Of a DNA stretch of 24,000 bases, positions 1 to 8,454 are shown one piece after another. The stretch spans positions 249,678 to 273,677 of the forward strand of contig NZ_WIAQ01000002.1 of assembly GCF_009466385.1 (NCBI RefSeq), written 5' to 3'. Both the position numbers and the translations under genes were made by a program. A model generated the notes under the pieces. The model was given only the letters and a program-made list of their open reading frames with translations. It did no database searches and had not been told where the DNA came from. The stretch is from Peribacillus tepidiphilus (GTDB taxonomy: Bacteria; Bacillota; Bacilli; Bacillales; DSM-1321). Numbering within the stretch: the first letter of the stretch is position 1; every line of letters begins with the position of its first letter.

Positions 1-152
1 CAGATAACTATTTGAAGGTCGTATTCCCTGCTTCTGAGGAATTGGTTGGTGAAATAGTTAAGGTTAAAATTACGAAAGCCGGCTATCCTTACAATGAAGG
101 ACAGTTCGTCCGAGTTGTAAATGAAGAAGATGAAAAGCAATTAATAGGATAA
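1..152 (+). CDS. mtaB: 3' end of a tRNA methylthiotransferase MtaB/YqeV-like gene (TRAM-domain C-terminus). Partial; the first full codon starts at position 3.
   Basis: The open frame runs from the window edge to TAA at 150-152 and reads DNYLKVVFPASEELVGEIVKVKITKAGYPYNEGQFVRVVNEEDEKQLIG*. This looks like the YqeV C-terminus as I recall it, and its position upstream of yqeW/rpsU fits. A terminator follows directly. Confidence 0.55.
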   Translation, partial: DNYLKVVFPASEELVGEIVKVKITKAGYPYNEGQFVRVVNEEDEKQLIG

Positions 153-163
153 ACAAAAAAACT

Positions 164-190
164 GCTGAGGAAACTCAGCTTTTTTTTTTT
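164..190 (+). terminator. Intrinsic terminator after mtaB
   Basis: GCTGAG (164-169) pairs with CTCAGC (174-179) around a GAAA loop, followed by a run of 11 T. An A-run lies upstream. Confidence 0.7.
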
Positions 191-312
191 GGGCTGTTTT
201 TGTAAAGTTTCCTGTTTTTATTGTGTTATTTCTATTAGAAAATATAAAAAATACTTTAATAATTTTAAAATAGGGAATGACTAATATTGTACTATAAAAA
301 AGCTTTTTGAAA

Positions 313-321
313 TGGTAAAAT
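313..321 (+). promoter_or_regulatory. Candidate extended -10 promoter for deoC
   Basis: TGgTAAAAT (TG at 313-314, hexamer 316-321) lies about 55 nt upstream of the deoC ATG. No convincing -35 is present at 17-nt spacing. Confidence 0.25.
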
Positions 322-377
322 AAAGAGGTACGTACAACTAGACGATACAAGTTTTTATGGTGTGAAAGGAGATTATT

Positions 378-1049
378 ATGAATAAAGAAGTTGCAAAAAT
401 GATTGACCATACATTGTTAAAAGCGGAAACTACAAAGGAACAAATTAAAGTCTTATGTGAAGAAGCAAAAGAATATGGTTTCGCATCCGTTTGTGTAAAT
501 CCTACTTGGGTAAAATATGCAGCCGAGCTACTCCAAGGAAGCGATGTTAAAGTGTGTACAGTCATTGGTTTTCCTCTAGGGGCAAACACACCTGAAACGA
601 AAGCTTTTGAAACAAAGAATGCAATTGAAAACGGTGCAACTGAGGTTGACATGGTAATTAATATCGGAGCATTAAAAGATGGAGACGACGAATTAGTTGA
701 ACGCGATATCAAAGCAGTCGTCGAAGCGGCAAAAGGTAAAGCTCTTACGAAAGTAATCATTGAGACTTGCTTATTAACTGAAGAAGAAAAAGTACGTGCG
801 TGTGAACTTTCTGTTAAAGCAGGTGCTGATTACGTTAAAACTTCAACTGGTTTCTCTACAGGAGGAGCGACAGTAGAAGACGTCGCTCTTATGCGAAAAA
901 CAGTTGGACCAAACATCGGAGTAAAAGCTTCAGGTGGAGTTCGTAATACAGAAGATGCCCAAAAAATGATTGAAGCGGGTGCAACTAGAATCGGTGCAAG
1001 TGCTGGCGTTTCAATTGTAAAAGGATTAACGGCAGATACAGATTATTAA
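378..1049 (+). CDS. deoC: Deoxyribose-phosphate aldolase
   Basis: 223 aa. The SD AAAGGAG lies 5-6 nt upstream of the ATG. Family hallmarks are present: [17 protein letters not shown], and the Schiff-base lysine context DYVKTSTGF, then KASGGVR. Confidence 0.93.
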   Translation: MNKEVAKMIDHTLLKAETTKEQIKVLCEEAKEYGFASVCVNPTWVKYAAELLQGSDVKVCTVIGFPLGANTPETKAFETKNAIENGATEVDMVINIGALKDGDDELVERDIKAVVEAAKGKALTKVIIETCLLTEEEKVRACELSVKAGADYVKTSTGFSTGGATVEDVALMRKTVGPNIGVKASGGVRNTEDAQKMIEAGATRIGASAGVSIVKGLTADTDY

Positions 1050-1061
1050 TACTTTAAAAGG

Positions 1062-1108
1062 ATGACTCGAAAGGTCGCTTGATCGATCTTTTGAGTCATT
1101 TTTTTTTT
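1062..1108. terminator. Intrinsic terminator between convergent deoC and yqeW
   Basis: A long stem forms between ATGACTCGAAAGGTCG and the CGATCTTTTGAGTCAT region (1062-1099), followed by T9. On the opposite strand the same hairpin is followed by only T4, so function for yqeW is less certain. Confidence 0.7.
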
Positions 1109-1145
1109 GTTCTCCAGTTCTAAGCCCAGGTCTTCGGGTGCTCAT

Positions 1146-2072
1146 TTATTTTTTTCTTCCGTGAACTTTGATGATAAGTGTTGCAAATAATGTAGAAAAC
1201 GGAAGGACAATAATAGAACAGATGACATTAAATATGACGCTGGCATGGGCAAGCTGTACGTTTTTTTCAGAGGTAAAAAAAGCCGCAGCAGTGCCAAGCT
1301 CATCTATGAATGGGAAGAATAAAATGCTTCCTAACAGATTGAGCCAAATGTGGGCGTAAGCAGTAAAAGCTGCTTCTTTTCCTGCACCAATACTAGCCAT
1401 ATAAGCCGTAATACACGTCCCTATATTGGACCCAAGCATGATCGCAATGGCAGCGGAAACCGTTAAATCTCCTGTTGACAAAAAACTCATGCAGATTCCA
1501 ATCATCGCAGAGCTTGAATGAATCATCGCTGTCATAATCATTCCGATTAAAAGAGCCATTAGCAAATGATTTTCTATCATTAGCAGCACATTTGAAAAAA
1601 AATCGTATCGGGACAAGGGGATTGCGAGAGATTTAAACCCTTCCATTGCGGCGAAGATGGAACTCATTCCAAAAATGACAAAACCTAAGCTTCTTAAAAA
1701 AAAAGAAGAAAATAATATAAATAATGCCCCGATCACCGCGCCAGGAACGATCCATTTTGAAAGGGAAAATGTCATAAATTCCGCCGTTACTGTTGTACCG
1801 ATATTTGAACCTAAAATGATGCCAATCGTTTGTGAAAATGACAAGCTTCCAGCTGATACAAGACCGACCGTCATGACTGTAACGGCAGAGCTACTTTGGA
1901 GAACCGCTGTTACAATTGTGCCTGCAATAAACCCTTTCCAAGGTTTGTCCGTAACTCTTTGAAGTGTATTTTTTAAACGTTCACCTGATAGATTAAACAA
2001 ACCGGCACGCAGAAAATTCATGCCAAGTAAAAAAACTAGGAGGAACACAATAAATAAAAAAAGTTCCCTCAT
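1146..2072 (-). CDS. yqeW: Na+/phosphate cotransporter family membrane protein (short YqeW type, no PhoU domain)
   Basis: 308 aa and polytopic. The duplicated Na/Pi-cotransporter motifs QSSSA(V)T..GLV and GSNIGTT/GSNIGTC are present. The SD GAGGTG lies 5 nt upstream of the ATG on the minus strand. Confidence 0.85.
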   Translation of the reverse strand: MRELFLFIVFLLVFLLGMNFLRAGLFNLSGERLKNTLQRVTDKPWKGFIAGTIVTAVLQSSSAVTVMTVGLVSAGSLSFSQTIGIILGSNIGTTVTAEFMTFSLSKWIVPGAVIGALFILFSSFFLRSLGFVIFGMSSIFAAMEGFKSLAIPLSRYDFFSNVLLMIENHLLMALLIGMIMTAMIHSSSAMIGICMSFLSTGDLTVSAAIAIMLGSNIGTCITAYMASIGAGKEAAFTAYAHIWLNLLGSILFFPFIDELGTAAAFFTSEKNVQLAHASVIFNVICSIIVLPFSTLFATLIIKVHGRKK

Positions 2073-2188
2073 ATTATCACCTCTACAGGAATCATATGGA
2101 CGAGCTTGGCTGGAAATGATAAAAATGTTAAAGTATCAAAATAATATGGAGTTGTAATACAACCAGTTTCATTAATTGAGAATATTAG

Positions 2189-2217
2189 TTGACCTTAAAT
2201 TAGCGTTATATTATAAT
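2189..2217 (+). promoter_or_regulatory. Sigma-A promoter of rpsU-yqeY
   Basis: TTGACC (2189-2194), an exact 17-nt spacer, then TATAAT (2212-2217). It lies about 70 nt upstream of the rpsU ATG. Confidence 0.7.
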
Positions 2218-2287
2218 CGATAAGTACATGATGAAAATCATGTTTCAACTATGAGTTAGTGTGTTGTGTTCGGAGGGAGGGAAAGAG

Positions 2288-2461
2288 ATGTCTAAAACCG
2301 TCGTTCGTAAAAACGAATCGCTTGAAGATGCTCTAAGACGCTTCAAACGTTCTGTATCTAAAACTGGTACATTACAAGAAGCAAGAAAGCGCGAATTTTA
2401 TGAAAAGCCAAGCGTTAGACGTAAGAAAAAGTCTGAAGCTGCTAGAAAACGTAAATGGTAA
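2288..2461 (+). CDS. rpsU: 30S ribosomal protein S21
   Basis: [57 protein letters not shown], 57 aa. The SD GGAGGGAGGG lies upstream. The track ORF start at 2261 is a spurious extension. Confidence 0.95.
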   Translation: MSKTVVRKNESLEDALRRFKRSVSKTGTLQEARKREFYEKPSVRRKKKSEAARKRKW

Positions 2462-2475
2462 GAGAGGGTGGAAAT

Positions 2476-2922
2476 ATGAGTCTTCTCGAGCGTTTAAATA
2501 ATGATATGAAGCAAGCGATGAAGAACAAGGAAAAAGACAAATTATCTGTTATTCGAATGCTTAAAGCTGCCCTTCAAAATGAAGGAATTAAGCTTGGGAA
2601 GCCAGAATTGACAGAGAATGAAGAGCTAACCGTCCTTTCTCGCGAATTAAAACAACGCAAAGACTCCCTCCAAGAGTTTCAAAATGCAGGTCGTGAAGAC
2701 CTCGTTGAAAAAATCCGTACCGAAATCAAATACGTTGAGGTATATATGCCTGAGCAGCTTTCAGAAGAAGAGGTTTCCAAGATTGTAAAAGAAACTATTC
2801 AACAAGTTGGGGCAACCTCAAAAGCTGATATGGGTAAAGTAATGGGAGCACTGATGCCTAAAGTAAAAGGCAAAGCAGACGGCTCGCTTGTAAACAAACT
2901 AGTACAACAACATCTATCTTAA
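2476..2922 (+). CDS. yqeY: GatB/YqeY domain protein
   Basis: The N-terminus [36 protein letters not shown] is typical of the YqeY family. The SD GAGGGTGG lies upstream of the ATG at 2476. Its position after rpsU is conserved. Confidence 0.9.
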   Translation: MSLLERLNNDMKQAMKNKEKDKLSVIRMLKAALQNEGIKLGKPELTENEELTVLSRELKQRKDSLQEFQNAGREDLVEKIRTEIKYVEVYMPEQLSEEEVSKIVKETIQQVGATSKADMGKVMGALMPKVKGKADGSLVNKLVQQHLS

Positions 2923-2931
2923 TCAACTAAT

Positions 2932-2966
2932 AAAACCGCAGGTATTTTCCTGCGGTTTTTGATTTT
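2932..2966 (+). terminator. Intrinsic terminator after yqeY
   Basis: AAAACCGCAGG (2932-2942) pairs with CCTGCGGTTTT (2949-2959) around a 6-nt loop. The T-tract continues (TTTTTGATTTT). Confidence 0.8.
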
Positions 2967-3006
2967 AGTCATGTTTTAAGCACATTCAGGCTGATTTATA
3001 AAATTT

Positions 3007-3032
3007 TGAAACCTTTTTCTGCATAAAGCGTA
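3007..3032 (+). promoter_or_regulatory. Sigma-W (ECF) promoter for nfeD-floA-yqfB
   Basis: TGAAAC (3007-3012), exactly 16 nt, then CGTA (3029-3032). This is a full match to the B. subtilis sigma-W consensus TGAAAC-N16-CGTA. The orthologous yqeZ-yqfA-yqfB operon is a known sigma-W regulon member. Confidence 0.7.
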
Positions 3033-3073
3033 CATATACTATACTTGCCATTACTTTGAAAGGGGGGACAATT

Positions 3074-4381
3074 TTGAAAAGAAGGATAACTTCGTTTATA
3101 CTCCTCGTTTTCGCTCTATGTTTAAGTTTCTTTCCTTCTGATACGAACGGAGAAAACGATCTCGTATACATTGTGCCTGTCGAAGACACAGTTGAAAAAG
3201 GGCTGTCAGCCTTTTTGAAAAGATCGATCAAAACAGCTGAAGAAAACGGAGCAAAAGCAGTTATTTTAGAAGTAAACACACCTGGTGGAGCTGTAGATGC
3301 AGCGGGAGAAATCGGAAAGCTCTTTTCTGAAACTCCGGTAAAAACTATAGCTTGGGTTAACAATCAGGCACTTTCTGCGGGTGCTTACATTTCCTTAAAT
3401 GCTGATGAGATATATATGGTTCCTGGAGCGACGATGGGGTCTGCAGCCATTATAGACTCTGCTGGTAATGCAGCTGATAAAAAGGCGCAATCCTATTGGT
3501 TAGCCGCAATGAAAACTGCAGCGGAACAGAATGGCCGTAATCCTAAATATGCTATGGCGATGGCAGATGATCGCATTGATTTACCAGAGCTAGGCGCAGA
3601 AAAAGGAAAGCTTTTAACACTGACTGCAGAGCAAGCTAAAGCAATAGGTTATAGTGAGGGAACCGTAAAAACGTTAGATGAACTGCTTCAAACATTAGGA
3701 CTAGAAAATGCTGAAGTAAGAAGCATAGAAGAAAGCTTTGCCGAGAAGTTAGCCAGATTCATTACACATCCTGTTGTTGTGCCGATTCTTTTGTCGATCG
3801 GAAGTCTTGGGTTGGTGGTTGAGCTATATTCGCCAGGCTTTGGAATTCCAGGTTTTATGGGGCTTACATCGTTATTATTATTCTTTTATGGTCATACCGT
3901 TGCAGGATTGGCAGGGTACGAAACCTTTTTATTGTTTGTTATGGGTGTCATCTTACTGATTTTAGAGCTGTTTCTCCCTGGTGGGATTGCAGGTGCCTTT
4001 GGTATAGCAGCCATCATAGGAAGTCTATTTCTTGCCGGGGAAAACGTTGTGCACATGGCTATTTCAATCCTTATAGCCATTGTCGTATCATTAATAGTAT
4101 CAATTTTAATGGCAAAGGTGTTTGGAAAGAAGATGAAATTTTTCAAAAAAATTATTCTTACAGATTCTACTAATACAGAAAATGGATATGTGTCTAACGT
4201 TAACAGGTTGGACTTAATCGGGAAGGAAGGTATTGCTCTGACTCCCTTAAGGCCTTCAGGAACGGCGCTTGTTGAGGATGAAAGAATTGACGTGGTAACG
4301 GAAGGCACCTTCATCGCAAAAGATAGTAAGATTAAGGTAGTAAAAACGGAAGGATCTAGAATAGTTGTAAGACAAATTTAA
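3074..4381 (+). CDS. yqeZ: NfeD-family membrane-bound ClpP-class serine protease (YqeZ)
   Basis: A signal/anchor sequence is followed by a ClpP-like domain (ILEVNTPGGAVDAA), a hydrophobic multi-TM core and a C-terminal NfeD beta-barrel (LIGKEGIALTPLRPSGTA..V). I prefer the TTG start at 3074, 6 nt after GGGGGG. The track start at 3056 is also TTG. Confidence 0.85.
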   Translation: MKRRITSFILLVFALCLSFFPSDTNGENDLVYIVPVEDTVEKGLSAFLKRSIKTAEENGAKAVILEVNTPGGAVDAAGEIGKLFSETPVKTIAWVNNQALSAGAYISLNADEIYMVPGATMGSAAIIDSAGNAADKKAQSYWLAAMKTAAEQNGRNPKYAMAMADDRIDLPELGAEKGKLLTLTAEQAKAIGYSEGTVKTLDELLQTLGLENAEVRSIEESFAEKLARFITHPVVVPILLSIGSLGLVVELYSPGFGIPGFMGLTSLLLFFYGHTVAGLAGYETFLLFVMGVILLILELFLPGGIAGAFGIAAIIGSLFLAGENVVHMAISILIAIVVSLIVSILMAKVFGKKMKFFKKIILTDSTNTENGYVSNVNRLDLIGKEGIALTPLRPSGTALVEDERIDVVTEGTFIAKDSKIKVVKTEGSRIVVRQI

Positions 4382-4402
4382 AAGTGAGAGGATGAATAAG
4401 AG

Positions 4403-5395
4403 ATGGTATTAGCACCAGGAACAATTTTTATATTGGGAGCAGTTATTTTAGGGATTATATTTTTAGCAGTACTGTTTACTTTTGTACCTGTCATGCTCTG
4501 GATTTCTGCCCTAGCGGCCGGAGTAAGAGTCAGTATTTTTACATTAATTGGGATGAGGCTTCGTCGAGTGATCCCAAGTCGAGTTATTAACCCTTTAATC
4601 AAGGCACATAAAGCTGGATTATCTGTGACGACGAATCAGCTTGAGAGCCATTACTTAGCAGGCGGTAACGTTGACCGTGTTGTGAACGCATTAATTGCGG
4701 CCCAACGTGCGAATATTGAATTAAGCTTTGAAAGAACAGCAGCGATCGACTTGGCAGGGCGTGACGTGCTTGAGGCCGTTCAAATGAGCGTAAATCCAAA
4801 GGTCATTGAAACTCCTTTCATTGCTGGTGTTGCAATGGATGGAATTGAAGTGAAAGCAAAGGCAAGAATCACTGTACGTGCTAATATCGAACGCCTCGTT
4901 GGTGGTGCGGGAGAAGAAACGGTAATAGCACGTGTTGGTGAAGGGATCGTTTCAACCATCGGTTCTTCCGAAAACCATAAGAAAGTTTTAGAGAATCCGG
5001 ATTTAATTTCACAAACGGTTCTTTCCAAAGGATTAGACTCCGGTACAGCTTTTGAAATTTTGTCTATAGATATTGCAGATGTTGATATCGGTAAGAACAT
5101 TGGTGCCATGCTTCAGACCGATCAAGCTGAAGCTGATAAGAAAATTGCACAAGCGAAAGCGGAAGAGCGCCGTGCAATGGCGGTGGCTAATGAGCAGGAG
5201 ATGAGAGCGCGTGTTGAAGAGATGAGAGCGAAGGTTGTGGAAGCGGAAGCAGAGGTACCACTTGCAATGGCACAAGCGCTAAAATCCGGAAACATTGGTG
5301 TGATGGACTATATGAATATCAAGAATATTTCGGCCGATACGGATATGAGAGATAGTATCAGCAATATGTCAAAAGACCAAAAGGATAAGGAATAA
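4403..5395 (+). CDS. floA: Flotillin-like protein FloA (SPFH domain, UPF0365)
   Basis: 330 aa. The sequence is near-colinear with B. subtilis FloA/YqfA as I recall it ([56 protein letters not shown]). Confidence 0.93.
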   Translation: MVLAPGTIFILGAVILGIIFLAVLFTFVPVMLWISALAAGVRVSIFTLIGMRLRRVIPSRVINPLIKAHKAGLSVTTNQLESHYLAGGNVDRVVNALIAAQRANIELSFERTAAIDLAGRDVLEAVQMSVNPKVIETPFIAGVAMDGIEVKAKARITVRANIERLVGGAGEETVIARVGEGIVSTIGSSENHKKVLENPDLISQTVLSKGLDSGTAFEILSIDIADVDIGKNIGAMLQTDQAEADKKIAQAKAEERRAMAVANEQEMRARVEEMRAKVVEAEAEVPLAMAQALKSGNIGVMDYMNIKNISADTDMRDSISNMSKDQKDKE

Positions 5396-5436
5396 GAAGC
5401 TATGCCCCATACAAAATGGAAGGAGGGCTTCTGTTC

Positions 5437-5901
5437 ATGAATGCTTTATTTGAGTTATTATTTGAAAATCCTTTTTTTATTATTATTGTCATTGGTCTAA
5501 TCAGCAGCATATTCAAGCGAATAAAGGGTTCTATTGAAACACCTCCTGATCAGAGGGAAACAAAACAAAAAAGGCCTGAAATATCATTAGAGGATTATTT
5601 CCCTGTTAAGCCTGAACGAAGACCTGATATAGAAAAGGAAACAAAAAAGATTGTAACGTCGGTTAAAGAAAATGTTAGCAATCTACAGGAATCCTACTCT
5701 GAATTGAAAAAGCAGCAGGATGTTTGGAATGAAAAATTAGTGGAAATAAGGGATAAGGCTAATCAGATCCAAGCTTTAAAAAGTCCTTCAAAGCAGTCTG
5801 CTTCTGTAGTTTTCAAGTTAGACCCAAATAAAGTGGTGGAAGGAGTTATTCTTTCCGAAATTCTAGGTCCACCAAGGGCAAAGCGTGGATTCCGTAAATA
5901 A
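5437..5901 (+). CDS. yqfB: YqfB-like small membrane-anchored protein (third gene of the nfeD-floA operon)
   Basis: An N-terminal TM segment (NPFFIIIVIGLISSIF) is followed by a charged, coiled-coil-like tail. The ATG at 5437 lies 9 nt after GGAAGGAGGG. The assignment is positional and the family is poorly characterised. Confidence 0.6.
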   Translation: MNALFELLFENPFFIIIVIGLISSIFKRIKGSIETPPDQRETKQKRPEISLEDYFPVKPERRPDIEKETKKIVTSVKENVSNLQESYSELKKQQDVWNEKLVEIRDKANQIQALKSPSKQSASVVFKLDPNKVVEGVILSEILGPPRAKRGFRK

Positions 5902-5920
5902 AAAATGTAAAATAAGTGCT

Positions 5921-5969
5921 AGAACCCCCTTTCATCTCATACATTTGAGATGAAAGGGGGTTCTTTTTT
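5921..5969 (+). terminator. Strong intrinsic terminator ending the nfeD-floA-yqfB unit
   Basis: A perfect 19-bp stem pairs AGAACCCCCTTTCATCTCA (5921-5939) with TGAGATGAAAGGGGGTTCT (5946-5964). The loop is TACATT and a T-run extends to 5969. Confidence 0.85.
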
Positions 5970-6254
5970 ATGGCACTAAAATGGGGTCAAACCTTGAGAA
6001 AGTTACTTACAAAATCCATGGACCTACCTAATGATGTCATGATGGACCTGCCTCGAATTACGATGATCGGGCAATTACATATTTATATAGAAAACCACAG
6101 AGGGTTACTGACCTTTTCGGATCAAGAAATCCGCTTGTTATTAAAGCAAGGACAACTGCTAGTAAGAGGACAATCCTTCATTATTAAAACCATCCTTCCT
6201 GAAGAAATTTTACTCGAAGGAAAAATTGATTCAGTTCGGTTCATTAACGAATAA
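5970..6254 (+). CDS. yqfC: Sporulation protein YqfC (YabP/YqfC family)
   Basis: 94 aa. The signature DLPRITMIGQLHIYIENHRGLLTFSDQEIRLLL..LLVRGQSFIIKTILPEEILLEG is present, and the gene is adjacent to yqfD. Confidence 0.85.
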   Translation: MALKWGQTLRKLLTKSMDLPNDVMMDLPRITMIGQLHIYIENHRGLLTFSDQEIRLLLKQGQLLVRGQSFIIKTILPEEILLEGKIDSVRFINE

Positions 6255-6270
6255 GTACAGGAGGAAATCC

Positions 6271-7449
6271 ATGAAGAATCAATGGACAAACTTTTTTACT
6301 GGTTATGTGAAAGTAAAGGCATATGGAATCGGTATAGAGCGATTATTAAATGCAATGGTACGTAATGGAATCCTGGTTTGGCATATTAAGAGGGTAGGAA
6401 AGGAAGCCTTGCTTTTTCATATGCGTATTCAGGATGTTCGTAAACTACGAGTCATTATGAGAAAAAGCGATTGTAAAATTACGTTCCTCGAGAGAAAAGG
6501 AGCTCCTTTTCTTTTGAAAAGATTGTTAAAAAACAGCGGATTTTTGGCAGGTATGTTCGCATTTTTAGCCTGCCTTTTTGTGTTATCTAACATGGTATGG
6601 GGAATAGAAATAAAAGGTGCGAAGCCAGAGACAGAATATCGAATAAAAAAAGAATTAGATCATATGGGTGTCAAAATTGGCAAAATCCAGTTTTTCTTAG
6701 ATGGTGTGGAAACCATTCAGCGAAAACTCTCAGAGAGAATTGATGAGATCACTTGGGTTGGTGTGGAATTAAAAGGGACAACCTACCATTTCGAGGTGGT
6801 TGAAAAAAAGGAACCAAAACAGGAAGCGGCAGTAGGTAAACAGCATTTAGTAGCCAATAAAAAAGCTGTTATCAGGAAAATTTTTGTCGAAAAAGGACAG
6901 GCAGTTGTCGGTGTGAATGATTATGTTCAAAAAGGTCAGCTACTTGTATCAGGTATTTACGGAAAAGGAGAAAAAGTGAGTGCTAAAGGAGAGGTGTTAG
7001 GGGAAACGTGGTATAAAACCTCAATCGAAGTTCCCCTTAAAACAACATTTTCTGTGTTTACTGGTGAAGAGATGTCTAAATATTATGTGAGAATTGGAAA
7101 GGTATCTTTGCCAATTTGGGGGTTTAAGAAAGTGGCTTTTTCCAAATATGAAACGGATGTAACAGTAAAGACTTTTCACTTTTTGAAATGGAAGCTGCCG
7201 ATCACGTACGAAAACAGAGTATTCAGGGACAAGGAAGAAATAATAAGGGAATATACAAAAAATGAAGCGGTTATTCAAGCAAAAAGAATGGCCAGAAAGG
7301 ATTTAGAGAAAATACTAGAAATGGACGCGAAGATCATAGGAGAAAAAGTTTTGCACGAAAGCATTAGGAATGGTAAAGTAAAATTGATAATTCATTACCA
7401 AGTATTAGAGAATATTGCGATCGGGCGACCAATCATCCAAGGAGACTAA
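6271..7449 (+). CDS. yqfD: Sporulation protein YqfD (stage IV family)
   Basis: The start MKNQWTNFFTGYVKVKAYG follows the SD ACAGGAGGA. There is a single central TM segment (FLAGMFAFLACLFVLSNMVWGIEI), and the length and layout are typical of YqfD. The track start at 6226 is a spurious extension. Confidence 0.85.
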   Translation: MKNQWTNFFTGYVKVKAYGIGIERLLNAMVRNGILVWHIKRVGKEALLFHMRIQDVRKLRVIMRKSDCKITFLERKGAPFLLKRLLKNSGFLAGMFAFLACLFVLSNMVWGIEIKGAKPETEYRIKKELDHMGVKIGKIQFFLDGVETIQRKLSERIDEITWVGVELKGTTYHFEVVEKKEPKQEAAVGKQHLVANKKAVIRKIFVEKGQAVVGVNDYVQKGQLLVSGIYGKGEKVSAKGEVLGETWYKTSIEVPLKTTFSVFTGEEMSKYYVRIGKVSLPIWGFKKVAFSKYETDVTVKTFHFLKWKLPITYENRVFRDKEEIIREYTKNEAVIQAKRMARKDLEKILEMDAKIIGEKVLHESIRNGKVKLIIHYQVLENIAIGRPIIQGD

Positions 7450-7452
7450 GGA

Positions 7453-8415
7453 ATGACAGAAGAACAGAAAATGTTAAATTTACAGCTTGAATCACCAAAT
7501 GAAGCTCTTGCTTTATTTGGTATTTCAGACTCAAATTTAAAGGTTCTTGAAGACGAATTAAACATTTCAATTGTCACACGTGGCGGAACCATCTCTGTTG
7601 GAGGAGAAAGTACAGCCGCTGAAGCTGCTTATGAAATTATTTCTACCCTTTTAAAGGTAATTCGTAAAGGAATCCAAATTAGTGGCAGAGATGTCTTGTA
7701 TGCCATCGAATTATCCAAAAAAGGGACATTGGAATATTTCCATGAAATATATGAAGAAGAAATAATGAAAAACGCAAAAGGTAAATCGATTAGAATAAAG
7801 ACACTTGGTCAGAAGCAATACGTTCAAGCTATTAAGAAGAAAGACCTTGTTTTTGGGATCGGTCCTGCCGGTACAGGGAAAACATATTTAGCCGTGGTCA
7901 TGGCTGTACACGCATTGAAGAACGGCTATGTAAAGAAAATTATATTAACCCGTCCTGCTGTTGAGGCAGGAGAAAGTCTTGGATTCCTGCCCGGTGATTT
8001 AAAGGAAAAAGTCGATCCTTACCTGCGGCCTTTATATGATGCTCTTCATGACATTTTAGGAATGGATCATACAGGAAGACTTTTGGAGAGAGGAATCATT
8101 GAAATTGCTCCGCTTGCCTATATGCGCGGTAGAACGTTAGACGATGCTTTTGTCATTTTAGATGAAGCACAAAACACAACTCAAGCTCAAATGAAAATGT
8201 TTTTAACCCGCTTAGGCTTCGGCTCCAAGATGGTAATTACTGGAGATCGTTCACAAATTGACCTGCCAAGGGGAGTAAAGTCAGGCTTAGTTGCTGCTGA
8301 AGAAATTTTAAAGAATGTAAAAGAAATTGGCTTTATTTATTTAGAACAAACAGATGTGGTGAGACATCCATTAGTTGGAAAAATCATTCAGGCATATGAA
8401 CAAAATAAACAATAA
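7453..8415 (+). CDS. phoH: PhoH-like ATPase
   Basis: Walker A GPAGTGKTYLAV and Walker B FVILDEAQN are present, and the C-terminus DVVRHPLV matches. The SD AAGGAG lies inside the yqfD 3' end. Confidence 0.93.
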   Translation: MTEEQKMLNLQLESPNEALALFGISDSNLKVLEDELNISIVTRGGTISVGGESTAAEAAYEIISTLLKVIRKGIQISGRDVLYAIELSKKGTLEYFHEIYEEEIMKNAKGKSIRIKTLGQKQYVQAIKKKDLVFGIGPAGTGKTYLAVVMAVHALKNGYVKKIILTRPAVEAGESLGFLPGDLKEKVDPYLRPLYDALHDILGMDHTGRLLERGIIEIAPLAYMRGRTLDDAFVILDEAQNTTQAQMKMFLTRLGFGSKMVITGDRSQIDLPRGVKSGLVAAEEILKNVKEIGFIYLEQTDVVRHPLVGKIIQAYEQNKQ

Positions 8416-8417
8416 AT

Positions 8418-8454
8418 AAAGGCTATATCCTTTAAAGGGTATAGCTTTTATTTT
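8418..8454 (+). terminator. Intrinsic terminator after phoH
   Basis: GCTATATCC (8422-8430) pairs with GGGTATAGC (8437-8445), including one G-U pair. The tail TTTTATTTT follows. Confidence 0.65.

Noticed and set aside
338-760. Long antisense ORFs from the track (for example 338-760, 1657-1962 on +, 2986-3363, 3892-4314, 4780-5109, 8742-9135, 9859-10143, 10244-10726, 10941-11190, 13287-13613, 18323-18631, 21714-22164, 23410-23646)
   Set aside because: Each lies wholly inside a strongly supported gene on the opposite strand or in another frame. They have low-complexity or odd composition (Ser, Phe and Ile rich) and lack SD sequences. They are typical shadow ORFs of an AT-rich genome.
2261-2287. 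Upstream-extended start codons given by the ORF track (2261, 2455, 3056, 5416, 6226, 8648, 11861, 12877, 15094, 17308, 19610, 21436, 23426)
   Set aside because: In each case an internal ATG or TTG is preceded at 5-10 nt by a strong GGAGG-like SD. That internal start also reproduces the conserved N-terminus of the family, for example MSKTVVRK for S21 and MADKSARS for SigA. The extensions read through the SD sequences themselves.
5911-5945. A complete sigma-E promoter for yqfC
   Set aside because: Only the -10 (CATACATT) matches. The nearest ATA triplet (5912-5914) is about 23 nt upstream, which is too far for the sigma-E -35 spacing. I therefore report the -10 match as a hypothesis within a finding and not as a feature.
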